From Anaerolineae bacterium (GTDB lineage Bacteria; Chloroflexota; Anaerolineae; B4-G1; SLSP01), in NCBI GenBank assembly GCA_049975525.1, contig JBNGCW010000013.1, positions 5,004 to 69,003 of the forward strand: a DNA stretch of 64,000 bases, given 5' to 3'. The notes beneath the pieces are model-generated. The model was not told the DNA's origin and did no database searches. It saw only the letters and a list, made by a program, of their open reading frames with translations. A program made the position numbers and the translations under genes. Shown piece after piece: positions 52,451 through 61,534 of this stretch (its first letter is position 1; every line of letters starts with the position of its first letter).

Positions 52451-53689
52451 TCACGGCACCCACGTATTCAACACGTACAACAGCAGCACAAAAAACGTCC
52501 CCAACCCCCCAACCAGCAGGGATAGCAGGCGCAGCCAACGCTTTTCCGCCAACCGCGCAAAGCCCATCAGGGCCGGAAAGGCCAGCAGCAGATGTCTCGG
52601 CAAGCCCATGTAGGGATGCTCCGGTCCCGTGTAGTAGGAAAAGCTGACCAGGATGATGACCAGTGTATACATCTTACAGCTAAATCGCAGCTGTGACCAG
52701 GATAACGCCACCAGGACCAGAAATCCGCCCGCGAGCACCAGGTTCACCCCCAGGTCTACGTCGGGTAGGGCCCGAAAACGCGCCCAGGCCAGTCCCAACG
52801 TCCGCCAGGGCCACAGGAAACGCTGGACCGGCACCACCTGTTCGGCGCTCGGCGAGACGAAGAAAGCGTAGACCAGGTCGTGAAAACTGTTCACCTGCAG
52901 CGATATCTTTTCCAGGAAGGCGACCCGGTACACCGTCCACCCCAGATAGGCGCCGGGAATGCAAAGCAGCGCTGCAGCGCTTGCAACCTCCTCACGACGC
53001 ACCTTTGCCCCTCTCCACGTCTTTCCTTGACTCTCCCAGTACTCCCACAGCAACGGCAGTAACAAAAAGAGCCCCTGTTGGCGCGTCAGCGTGGCCAATC
53101 CCCCGGCCGCGCCGGCCAGCCACCAGCGACGCTTGCGCGCCGCCCAGAAAGCCAGCACCGCTAAAAACAAGAAAAGGGACTCCGTGTAAGGCAATAGAAG
53201 GGGGACAAAGTAGGGGGAAAAAAGCAGCAGCACCAGCGCGCGATTCACCTCGTCCGCCGTGTAGTCCAACCTTGCCCAGCGTTCGAAGAGCAGCAGGAAA
53301 AGCACAGAGAAACCGCTGCTAAGCAGGAAGAGACTCAGCAGCGGCGAACCAAGCAAAGGGACAAGGACGCTCGCCAGCCAGGGAAAGAGTGGATGGAACT
53401 GCGCTGTGCCGTCCCCGGCTCGATAGCCGCGTTCCACGATCTGCAGGTACCAGCCAACATCCCAACGTTCCCAAGGGGACAGGATCACGCGATACAACCA
53501 CGTCCCCAAGCTCATGGGCGGCCACAGCGGCACGGCCTGCTCCACCGGCGTAAGAGGGCGTAGCGCGGAGACCAGGGCCGCCCACCCTCCAACCATCACC
53601 CGTAAGAGACCCCACAACAGAAGTACGTCACCTCTCAGCGACCGCAGACGTGGGAAACGCGCCTCCATATTAGCCTGACGAGCATTCAC
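52451..53689 (-). CDS. PIG-V-like (GT76-type) integral-membrane mannosyltransferase family protein
   Basis: WERWDVGWYLQIVERGY...FHPLFPWL signature followed by many TM helices. Confidence 0.7.
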   Translation of the reverse strand: MNARQANMEARFPRLRSLRGDVLLLWGLLRVMVGGWAALVSALRPLTPVEQAVPLWPPMSLGTWLYRVILSPWERWDVGWYLQIVERGYRAGDGTAQFHPLFPWLASVLVPLLGSPLLSLFLLSSGFSVLFLLLFERWARLDYTADEVNRALVLLLFSPYFVPLLLPYTESLFLFLAVLAFWAARKRRWWLAGAAGGLATLTRQQGLFLLLPLLWEYWESQGKTWRGAKVRREEVASAAALLCIPGAYLGWTVYRVAFLEKISLQVNSFHDLVYAFFVSPSAEQVVPVQRFLWPWRTLGLAWARFRALPDVDLGVNLVLAGGFLVLVALSWSQLRFSCKMYTLVIILVSFSYYTGPEHPYMGLPRHLLLAFPALMGFARLAEKRWLRLLSLLVGGLGTFFVLLLYVLNTWVP

Positions 53690-53821
53690 TACGAGAAATC
53701 ATATCCCTCCAGGGTTGACTCACCGCGACGGAGATCATGCCTCGATGTGTCGTGGGCCTTTGCACTCCCGATACCTGTGTTCGCGAGGGCGTTGCATCTC
53801 ATGGCTCACAAGGCTAAACGA

Positions 53822-55597
53822 TCACGAGAAATCCTTGTCCAGCTTATGCCGCTTCAGAGCCAGCAGATACTGTACGTCCACGGCAGCCACCTCCGCGCGC
53901 ACAAACGCCTCCACCTCATCCGCCGTCTCCAGCTCCAATGCCCGCCGGGCGACCTGCTGCGCCATCTTGTAGGAGAGGGCCCGCAGGATTTGCTTGGCGA
54001 TAGGGATAGCGGGAGGATTCATGCTGAACTCGTCCAGGCCCAGGCCGAGCAGAATAGGCAGTGCCAGCGGCTCACCGGCCAGCTCGCCGCACATCCCCAC
54101 CCACTTTCCCCGAGCGTGGGCCGCGTCGATCACCATCTTGACCAGCCGCAACACGGCAGGTTCCAGACCGTTGGTCAGATAAGAGACGGCAGCGTTGGTG
54201 CGATCTGCCGCCATCGTGTACTGCGTCAAATCGTTGGTGCCAATGGAGAAGAAGTCCACGTCGGACGCCAGATGGTCGGCCATCAGCGCCGCCGCCGGAA
54301 TCTCCACCATAATGCCCACCTCCAGGTCTTCGGGAACGGCAACCCCTTCAGCCTGCAGCTCAGCGCGACAGGTCTCCAACAGAGTGCGGGCCGCACGCAC
54401 TTCCGTCACACTGGCGACCATGGGAAACATCACCTTCAAATTGCGATCCACCGCGGCACGCAGCACAGCGCGCAACTGCGGCTTGAAGATCTCCTCGGGG
54501 TGCGCCAGTCCCAGCCGCAGAGCCCGCAAACCCAGGAAAGGGTTCATCTCCCGAGGTAAATCGAAAGCGGGCAGGTCCTTATCGCCCCCCACGTCCAGTG
54601 TGCGCAGGATCACCGGCGCGCCGTCGAAAAGGTCGGTGATCTCAGCGTAGACCGCAGCCTGCTCTTCCTCGTCCGGCAGATCGGAGCGTTCCAGATAGAG
54701 GAACTCGGTGCGCAACAACCCCACCCCCTCCGCGCCCTCCTCTATGGCGGCGCGGGCGTCGCGCAGATTTCCGATGTTGGCGACCACTTCCACCCGCTTG
54801 CCGTCCTCGGTTACCGCCGGCTCGTGTGCCTGCCTCCGTGCCCATACTGTAACGGCGGCCAACGAATCCTGCTTGCGCTCGTAACGCGCCCGCGTCTCCG
54901 CGTTGGGTGCGACGTGGACCACGCCCTCGTCCCCGTCGATCACCACCGTCTCCCCCTCTTCCAGCGCCAGGGCGGCCGATCCCACGCCCAACACGGCAGG
55001 AATCCCCAGCGAGCGCGCCAGGATAGCGGTGTGAGAGGTCGGCCCCCCCTCGGCGGTAAGAAAACCCAACACCAGACTCTTATCGAGCAGAGCGGTATCG
55101 GAAGGCGTCAAGTCCCGCGCTACAACGATGGAAGGCTTCTGCAACGCCTTGGCACCTCTCTGTTCCAGACCCAACAGCAGACGGAGCACACGGTTGGTGA
55201 CATCGCGCACGTCCACCGCGCGGGCACGCAGGTACTCATCATCCAACGCTTCCAGCGCCTGAGCGTACTGCTCCGCCGCCCGCTCCAAAGCGCACTCCGC
55301 GTTGACCTGCTCCGTCTCGATGGTCGTCCGAACGGCTTTCAACAGCTCGGGGTCCTCCAACATCATGGCGTGCGCCTCGAAAATTGCGGCTTCTTCCTCA
55401 CCCACTTCCTCTATCGTCTTCGCCCGCAACAGCGCCAGCTCCTCACGGGCAGCAGAGAGCGCCTCCTCCAAACGCGCCCACTCGCCTGCCGGATCGGCGA
55501 TGGGCGCGCAGACGACCTCCAACTCCACCTCTCTGTAGCAAAAGACCGGCCCGATGGCCACACCCTGGGACGCTGCAATTCCCCTTAACGTACCCAT
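53822..55597 (-). CDS. ptsI: PTS Enzyme I (phosphoenolpyruvate-protein phosphotransferase)
   Basis: Phospho-His region GGPTSHTAILARSLGIPAV. PEP-utilising signature FFSIGTNDLTQY. Confidence 0.9.
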   Translation of the reverse strand: MGTLRGIAASQGVAIGPVFCYREVELEVVCAPIADPAGEWARLEEALSAAREELALLRAKTIEEVGEEEAAIFEAHAMMLEDPELLKAVRTTIETEQVNAECALERAAEQYAQALEALDDEYLRARAVDVRDVTNRVLRLLLGLEQRGAKALQKPSIVVARDLTPSDTALLDKSLVLGFLTAEGGPTSHTAILARSLGIPAVLGVGSAALALEEGETVVIDGDEGVVHVAPNAETRARYERKQDSLAAVTVWARRQAHEPAVTEDGKRVEVVANIGNLRDARAAIEEGAEGVGLLRTEFLYLERSDLPDEEEQAAVYAEITDLFDGAPVILRTLDVGGDKDLPAFDLPREMNPFLGLRALRLGLAHPEEIFKPQLRAVLRAAVDRNLKVMFPMVASVTEVRAARTLLETCRAELQAEGVAVPEDLEVGIMVEIPAAALMADHLASDVDFFSIGTNDLTQYTMAADRTNAAVSYLTNGLEPAVLRLVKMVIDAAHARGKWVGMCGELAGEPLALPILLGLGLDEFSMNPPAIPIAKQILRALSYKMAQQVARRALELETADEVEAFVRAEVAAVDVQYLLALKRHKLDKDFS

Positions 55598-55731
55598 GTC
55601 ACCTCTTCCCTCGTCTCCACTACAAAACGGCTGCTATTCACGTTTCACCTCAACAGTTGGTTGCGATGGTGCAATGCTATGAGTGTAGCGCAAAAACGTC
55701 ACACCTCAACTCGATCAAGAAAAAAACTCCC

Positions 55732-56643
55732 TCACCCTTCGCTGCCTCCCTCTGAAGTCTCTTCAGGGGGACGATGGCGGGTGACGATGACCACCCCTGC
55801 CATCACCGCCGCGCCGCCAACGATCTCCCGCCAGGTCGGCGCCCGCCGGAAAAACAACCAGGACCACCCCACGGCCAGCGCCGGGCTGAGGGTTAACAGG
55901 ATGGTGTGCAGGCCCATCGTCATGCGCCGCAGCACCAGATAGTAGAGCAAGCGGCTGATGGCGATATCCAACGTGCCCACCAAGAGGAGCAGGGGCCACG
56001 TCCTCCCCTCCGGCCAGGCCCACTCCCCCCGAAGGAACAGAAAGAGTAACAGGAAAGCGGACGTGACGAGCAGACGAAACGCAAAGAAGTTTAGCAGATC
56101 GATGCGTTCGCCGTAGCGCTTGACCAGGGCCGCGTGCAAGGCGTACATCAACGCCGAGCTCAACACCAACAGCGAACCGAGTCGCAAGTAGTCGCCCGGC
56201 TGAAAGGTGATGGTCAGCACCCCGCCGAACGCCAGCAGCGCGCCCACGCCCTGAAGCGGCGCCAGGGGCTCGTGGAGCCACAGCAGACTGAAACCCAACC
56301 CAAAGAAAATAGACGTCTTGCTCAGCAGCGAAGCCACCCCCGGATCGATAAAGGCCACCGCCTGGTAATTGATGCTCATGCTCAGGCTGATCAGTAAACC
56401 GATGGCCAAAAAGAACCCCCGGTGTTTCCACAGCACCTCAAAGCGCAACCGCCCCCGAATTAACCCCAGGGCCGTCACCTCCACAGCGCCGATGGCCAAC
56501 ACGTAGAAGGCCGAGACCGCCGGCGCCATCAGCGGCAAAAGCAGCCGGGCGAAGACGAAGTAGAGGCTGTCGATGACGACCAGGATGGCGACCAGCAGAA
56601 CAGTCGCCCGCGTGAGCGGTACCGGCCTTTGACGCTCGCTCAC
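55732..56643 (-). CDS. EamA/DMT-superfamily transporter
   Basis: 10-TM pattern with two EamA-like halves. Confidence 0.8.
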   Translation of the reverse strand: MSERQRPVPLTRATVLLVAILVVIDSLYFVFARLLLPLMAPAVSAFYVLAIGAVEVTALGLIRGRLRFEVLWKHRGFFLAIGLLISLSMSINYQAVAFIDPGVASLLSKTSIFFGLGFSLLWLHEPLAPLQGVGALLAFGGVLTITFQPGDYLRLGSLLVLSSALMYALHAALVKRYGERIDLLNFFAFRLLVTSAFLLLFLFLRGEWAWPEGRTWPLLLLVGTLDIAISRLLYYLVLRRMTMGLHTILLTLSPALAVGWSWLFFRRAPTWREIVGGAAVMAGVVIVTRHRPPEETSEGGSEG

Positions 56644-56664
56644 CGTCGTCCCTCGCCGAAAGCG

Positions 56665-56916
56665 CTATCGTTTTTGACTATCAACATCGGCCACTTCCAT
56701 GCCTTGTCGCTTCATGCTGGCCGACGTCTGCATGCTTGACGACAAGCCTTCCGCTCGTAGTAAGCGACGCAGCGTCGGCGGAGTCGCGTTAAAGTAGCGC
56801 CATAGACTCGTTTTTAGGTGGCGTGGTGTCAGAGAGCGCCGAACGGCACTCCACTGCGTTCCGTGCCTGACTACGAACGGGTACACCTGAACTTGATGCT
56901 CAAAAACAATTACCAT
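56665..56916 (-). CDS. Hypothetical 83-aa protein (possible remnant of an HTH regulator)
   Basis: Its ATG overlaps the SDR stop (ATGGTAA). SLTPRHLKT..PPTLRRLLRAEGLS is faintly AraC-HTH-like. Composition is atypical. Confidence 0.3.
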   Translation of the reverse strand: MVIVFEHQVQVYPFVVRHGTQWSAVRRSLTPRHLKTSLWRYFNATPPTLRRLLRAEGLSSSMQTSASMKRQGMEVADVDSQKR

Positions 56917-57617
56917 GGCAACCTCTCCCCTTCCCAGGTGTAGAACCCCCCGCTCTGTTCCAACGTCAATCCTTCGATGACCTGGCGGGCGCCCTGCACA
57001 GATTCGGACGGCGTCAGAGGCGCCTCCTCACCCCCCATGTCGGTCTGCACCCAACCGGGATGCAGGGAAACCACGACCATGCCCTCAGAGCGCAGGTCGA
57101 AGGCCAGCGTGCGCGTCAGCATGTTTAACGCAGCCTTGCTGCTGCCATAACTGTACGTCCCCCCGCGCTGCTTCAACGTCAGCGATCCCAGGCGTGAGGA
57201 GAGGTTCACGATTTTAGGACCTTCGCCCCGACGCAACAGGTGCAACGCGCGTTGCACCATCATCACCGGCCCCACGCAGTTGACGTGATAGGTGCGCAAC
57301 ATGGCGTGGGGGTCCAGGCGCTCGAGCCGCTCTCCGTGCGGATAGACCCCGGCGTTGTTGATCAACAGATCCAGAACACCGACCTCCGCATCAATGACGC
57401 TGACCGCAGCATCTATCGACGCCACATTGGTAACGTCCAACGGCAGGACCAACAGCGTCTCGGGGAAGCGTCGAGCCAGCTCTTGCAGAGCGTAAGCCCG
57501 CGCCGGATCTCGACAACTGGCGAAGACACGCCCCCCATCTTGGACGTACTGCCGGGTGAACTCCAGTCCCAAACCTCGATTAGCACCTGTGATCAAAACC
57601 CGCAAGGGCATGTTCAC
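56910..57617 (-). CDS. Short-chain dehydrogenase/reductase
   Basis: ITGANRGLGLEF, NNAG, YGSSKAAL. Confidence 0.85.
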   Translation of the reverse strand: MNMPLRVLITGANRGLGLEFTRQYVQDGGRVFASCRDPARAYALQELARRFPETLLVLPLDVTNVASIDAAVSVIDAEVGVLDLLINNAGVYPHGERLERLDPHAMLRTYHVNCVGPVMMVQRALHLLRRGEGPKIVNLSSRLGSLTLKQRGGTYSYGSSKAALNMLTRTLAFDLRSEGMVVVSLHPGWVQTDMGGEEAPLTPSESVQGARQVIEGLTLEQSGGFYTWEGERLPW

Positions 57618-57756
57618 CTTCCATCCGTGATCGCTTTTTCAGCAACGCCATCCTCAAGTATAATAAGAACATTGTTGTCACCTACTCACAGGGAGCACTC
57701 CCGCAGTCTATGGGAGAACAACTCCGCACATGACTTTCATCAGGAGAAAAGCAGCT

Positions 57757-59061
57757 ATGAACATTGTTGAGATCATCGAAAAGAAACGTGACGGCCAGGC
57801 GTTGACGACAGAAGAGATCCAATTCTTCGTCCAGGGATACACCGATGGCCTCATCCCCGATTATCAGGCCGCCGCCCTGCTCATGGCCATCGTCTTGCAG
57901 GGAATGGACGATCGCGAAACCGGCGACCTGACGCTGGCCATGGCCCACTCGGGCGATATACTGGACCTGAGTGACACGGCCCCCTTCGTCGTCGACAAAC
58001 ACTCCACCGGCGGAGTGGGCGACAAGGTCACTTTAGTCGTAGCGCCCATCGTCGCTTCCCAGGGCCTGCCCGTGGGCAAAATGTCCGGACGCGGCCTGGG
58101 CTTTTCCGGCGGCACCCTTGACAAGCTGGAATCCGTCCCCGGTTTCACCTCCGACCTCAGTCCCGAAGCCTTCAAACGCCAGCTTCGCGAGATCGGCATC
58201 GTCGTCGCCGGGCAGTCGGCCAACCTGGCCCCGGCCGACGGCAAAATGTACGCCTTGCGCGACGTGACCGGCACGGTGCAGAGCCTTCCGCTCATCGTAG
58301 GCTCCGTCATGAGCAAGAAGATCGCCGGCGGGGCTGACGCTATCGTCCTCGACGTCAAATGCGGGAGCGGCGCCTTCATGAAGACCCTGGACGACGCCCG
58401 CACGCTGGCCAAAGCCATGGTCCGCATCGGCAAGCGCGTGGGCCGCAAAGTGACCGCGTTGATCTCGGACATGAACCAACCCCTGGGCAGCGCCGTGGGC
58501 AACGCCCTGGAGCTCCGTGAGGCTATCGACGTCTTACACAACGGCGGCCCCGAGGACGTGCGCGAACACTGTCTGGTCGTCGCCGGCGAGATGCTCTACC
58601 TTGGCAACCTGGCGGAAAGCCCAGAAGCCGGCAAACAACGAGCCGCTGAGGCCCTCGCCTCTGGTGCCGCTTGGGAAAAGTTCCGTCAGTTGATTGAAGC
58701 CCAGGGAGGAGATCTCACCTACGTGGACGAACCTGAGCGTCTGCCCCAGGCCCAATTCGTCGAGACCGTGAAGGCCGAAAAAGAAGGTTACCTGGCTAAA
58801 GTGCAGACCGACGCTATCGGCTTCGCCCTGGTGAACCTGGGCGCAGGCCGGGAGAAAAAAGGTCAGCCCATCGACCACGCCGTGGGCCTGCTGATGCACG
58901 TCAAAGTCGGTGATCACGTCGCGCCGGGCGATCCGCTCTTCACCCTACACACCAACGATGAGGCCAGGCAACAGGCGGTCAAACGCCGTATCCTGAAGAC
59001 ACTGACGTTCTCCGACGAGACGGTGAAGCCTCTGCCGCTCTTCTACGCCCGCATCACCTGA
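57757..59061 (+). CDS. pdp: Pyrimidine-nucleoside (thymidine) phosphorylase
   Basis: DKHSTGGVGDK, SGRGLGFSGGTLDKLES. Start at ATG 57757 (MNIVEIIEKKRDG). Confidence 0.9.
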   Translation: MNIVEIIEKKRDGQALTTEEIQFFVQGYTDGLIPDYQAAALLMAIVLQGMDDRETGDLTLAMAHSGDILDLSDTAPFVVDKHSTGGVGDKVTLVVAPIVASQGLPVGKMSGRGLGFSGGTLDKLESVPGFTSDLSPEAFKRQLREIGIVVAGQSANLAPADGKMYALRDVTGTVQSLPLIVGSVMSKKIAGGADAIVLDVKCGSGAFMKTLDDARTLAKAMVRIGKRVGRKVTALISDMNQPLGSAVGNALELREAIDVLHNGGPEDVREHCLVVAGEMLYLGNLAESPEAGKQRAAEALASGAAWEKFRQLIEAQGGDLTYVDEPERLPQAQFVETVKAEKEGYLAKVQTDAIGFALVNLGAGREKKGQPIDHAVGLLMHVKVGDHVAPGDPLFTLHTNDEARQQAVKRRILKTLTFSDETVKPLPLFYARIT

Positions 59062-59063
59062 CA

Positions 59064-59113
59064 TCCCACCGCAGGTGGGACGCCCTTTCCGCTGTAAACA
59101 GAAAGACGTCCCA
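59064..59113. terminator. Alternative hairpins between convergent genes (weak terminator candidate)
   Basis: TCCCACC-GCAG-GTGGGA (59064-59080), or GTGGGACG (59075-59082) pairing with CGTCCCAC (59106-59113). No clear T-tract. Confidence 0.35.
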
Positions 59114-59125
59114 CCTGAGGTCGGT

Positions 59126-59485
59126 CTAAATCTCGCTGTAGGCGATCACCCGCAGCCCATCCGGGTCCAAAACGGAGACGGTACGATGCCCCCAGGGCTT
59201 GTCGGTGGGCGGGCTGTGCAGGATCGCGCCTCGGGCGCGGAGCGCCTCCGCATAAGCATCGACATCGGGGACGGGAAAGTAGATTTCGACGCCGCACGGC
59301 GGCTTGTGCTCCGCATCCGCAGTCAACACCTCGATGAAACCGCTGCCCGCAGCGAAGATCGTGCCCTTCTGTGTCGGCCCGCTATCCCAGGTGCGCTCCA
59401 CCGGCAGCCCCAGCAGCTCCCGGTAGAAGACAACGGAAGCCAGATAGTCGCTGGCGCGGAAAATCACGCGAAACGTTTTTTCCAT
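59126..59485 (-). CDS. VOC (glyoxalase/bleomycin-resistance) family protein
   Basis: About 120 aa with the family pattern FYRELLGL...PWGHRTVSVLDPDG. ATG 59485 preferred; a GTG at 59500 is also possible. Confidence 0.75.
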   Translation of the reverse strand: MEKTFRVIFRASDYLASVVFYRELLGLPVERTWDSGPTQKGTIFAAGSGFIEVLTADAEHKPPCGVEIYFPVPDVDAYAEALRARGAILHSPPTDKPWGHRTVSVLDPDGLRVIAYSEI

Positions 59486-59496
59486 CTGCCTCGCCC

Positions 59497-60537
59497 TCAC
59501 ATCGTCACAATCACCCGATAGGTATCGGGCTTCAAAGCTGCCTGCAACCCCTCCTCCAGCCGCTCAAAGGGGAACACCTTGGAGATGAAAGGCTGCAGAT
59601 CAATGTGGCCCTCGGAGATCATCTTGACGGCCTGCCGCACATCCTCTTTATCCTGGCTCATGGTGCCGGTCAGGGTGATCTCCTTACTGTGGAAGAGATT
59701 CGGGTCAATGGTAATCTGCGCAGGCTTGGGGTGAACGCTGGCGTAGACGGCGACACGTCCACCTTTGGCGGTTGCTGCCACAGCCTGCTCCACAGCAGCG
59801 GCCACGCTCACGGCTGTGAATAGGTGATCCGCTCCCCGCCCGTCGGTCAGCTCCAGGATCCGCTCGACGAAAGACGTCTCCATAGGGTTGACGATCTCAT
59901 CGGCGCCCACCTGCTGCGCGAAGGCCGCGCGGGTAGCGTCGGGCTCGCTGACAATGACCCGCGTGCCGGCCTGCTTCGCCAACACCAGGTGCAGCAGCCC
60001 CATGATCCCCGCACCGGCGATCACCACGGTGTCCCCGCGCTGCAGCTGTGCCTTGCGGATGCTGCGCAGCACACAGGCCAACGGCTCACTCAGACTGATC
60101 TCCTCGAAGGTCGCTTTGTCCGACGCTTTGTAGAGCTGGTAATCGTCCAACAACACGTATTCAGCCAGGCCCGCCGGCCCCGGCACATCGGTGTCCCGGA
60201 AAGACTTGCGGGCGTTGTCGCAGATGTTGTCCAGACCCCGGCGGCACGACTCGCAGTAGCCACAGCGCGTCAAAAGCGCCGCCATCACACGGTCGCCGAT
60301 CTGGGCATCGGTGTAGATCTGACTGCCCAGCTTGACCAGCTCACCGGAAACCTCATGCCCGCCGGCCAGCGGATAAAACTGCTCCTCGCCGGTGTACTCC
60401 CGCTGTTCCCAGGTACAGAGCGCGCAAGCCTTTACCTTCACCAACGCCTGACGCGGTCCGGGCTCCGGAATGGGGAGCTCATCGAACCGGATCTGCTTTG
60501 GTCCCACGAAAACAGCCCGCTTATAGGTATCACTCAT
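59497..60537 (-). CDS. Zinc-dependent medium-chain sugar-alcohol/threonine dehydrogenase
   Basis: Catalytic Zn region CALCTWE..GHEVSGE, structural Zn CGYCESCRRG, GxGxxG IAGAGIMGLL. ATG 60537 after AAGGAG. Confidence 0.85.
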   Translation of the reverse strand: MSDTYKRAVFVGPKQIRFDELPIPEPGPRQALVKVKACALCTWEQREYTGEEQFYPLAGGHEVSGELVKLGSQIYTDAQIGDRVMAALLTRCGYCESCRRGLDNICDNARKSFRDTDVPGPAGLAEYVLLDDYQLYKASDKATFEEISLSEPLACVLRSIRKAQLQRGDTVVIAGAGIMGLLHLVLAKQAGTRVIVSEPDATRAAFAQQVGADEIVNPMETSFVERILELTDGRGADHLFTAVSVAAAVEQAVAATAKGGRVAVYASVHPKPAQITIDPNLFHSKEITLTGTMSQDKEDVRQAVKMISEGHIDLQPFISKVFPFERLEEGLQAALKPDTYRVIVTM

Positions 60538-60613
60538 GCCAACTATACTCCTTGCTGTATGGTCTCTTTCGATCTCTTCTCCCCCCACAAGTGGGGGAAA
60601 AAGAGACCCGGTT

Positions 60614-61408
60614 TTATTGCAGATGCTTCAACGCCTGCTCGACGGACGCGCCCTCGTGGATGATAGCCCCCACAGCGGCGGTCATCTTGCCCGGCGACGG
60701 ATGGCGCCAGATGTTCCGCCCCATCGCCACGCCGCTGGCACCCGCCTCCATCGCTCCCTTGACGCTACTCAACAGATCGCGTGGATCCTTAGACTTACTA
60801 CCACCCAATACCACCACCGGCACGTAGAGCTGCTCCACAATCTTGCGGAAGCTTTCCACGTCCCCTGTGTAGGTGGTCTTGATAAAGTCGGCCCCCATCT
60901 CGGCACAGATACGGCAAGCGTGACCGATGTTCTCAGGCGTCCACCACGTCTGGGGGCTTTCGAAGCCACCCGGCAGCGCCTCCACCATCACCGGCACGTT
61001 CCATTCCGTCGCCTCCGTAACCAGTTCCGGCAGGTAGGGCAGAGTCTTGTCCTCAAAGACCGACCCGGGCATCCCCATACATCCCACGGCGTCCGCGCCG
61101 ATGCGCAGGGCATCCGGAATATGGTAGATCAGACGGGAATAGCTACGCTCTTCGGCCAGAAACGAGGTACCGCCGTCGACGCGCAACACGATCCCCATGT
61201 TGCCGAAGTCTTCGGCGAACTTCGAGACCACGCCGTAGGTCGTGAGAACGGCGTCCGCGCCGGCAGCCCCGATCTCCCGCAGCACGCGCCCGGGATCTTC
61301 CATCCCCTCCATCATCCCAAAGGTACCCGGATGATCCATGGCGACGATGAGCGCTTTGCCGTCCGCGGCGAAAATGCGATTCCAACGATGGGTTTTCAAT
61401 CCAAACAT
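60614..61408 (-). CDS. DhnA/LsrF-type class I aldolase
   Basis: About 264 aa TIM-barrel pattern with MDHPG and the Schiff-base Lys region GADFIKTTYTG. Confidence 0.8.
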   Translation of the reverse strand: MFGLKTHRWNRIFAADGKALIVAMDHPGTFGMMEGMEDPGRVLREIGAAGADAVLTTYGVVSKFAEDFGNMGIVLRVDGGTSFLAEERSYSRLIYHIPDALRIGADAVGCMGMPGSVFEDKTLPYLPELVTEATEWNVPVMVEALPGGFESPQTWWTPENIGHACRICAEMGADFIKTTYTGDVESFRKIVEQLYVPVVVLGGSKSKDPRDLLSSVKGAMEAGASGVAMGRNIWRHPSPGKMTAAVGAIIHEGASVEQALKHLQ

Positions 61409-61460
61409 TTAACCGGCTCCTTAATGGTTCAAATAGTTGGTCTAAACCTCCAAGATGAAA

Positions 61461-61490
61461 GGGAGCCGATGCTTCGAGCCATCGGCTCCC
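61461..61490 (-). terminator. Hairpin after the PTS IIC-IID gene
   Basis: GGGAGCCGATG / CATCGGCTCCC stem (11 bp). On the minus strand it is followed by TTTCATCTT. Confidence 0.55.
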
Positions 61491-61534
61491 CCTGATGGCA
61501 TCTACGGAAAAGTGATCAGCAACAGCTGTCCATC

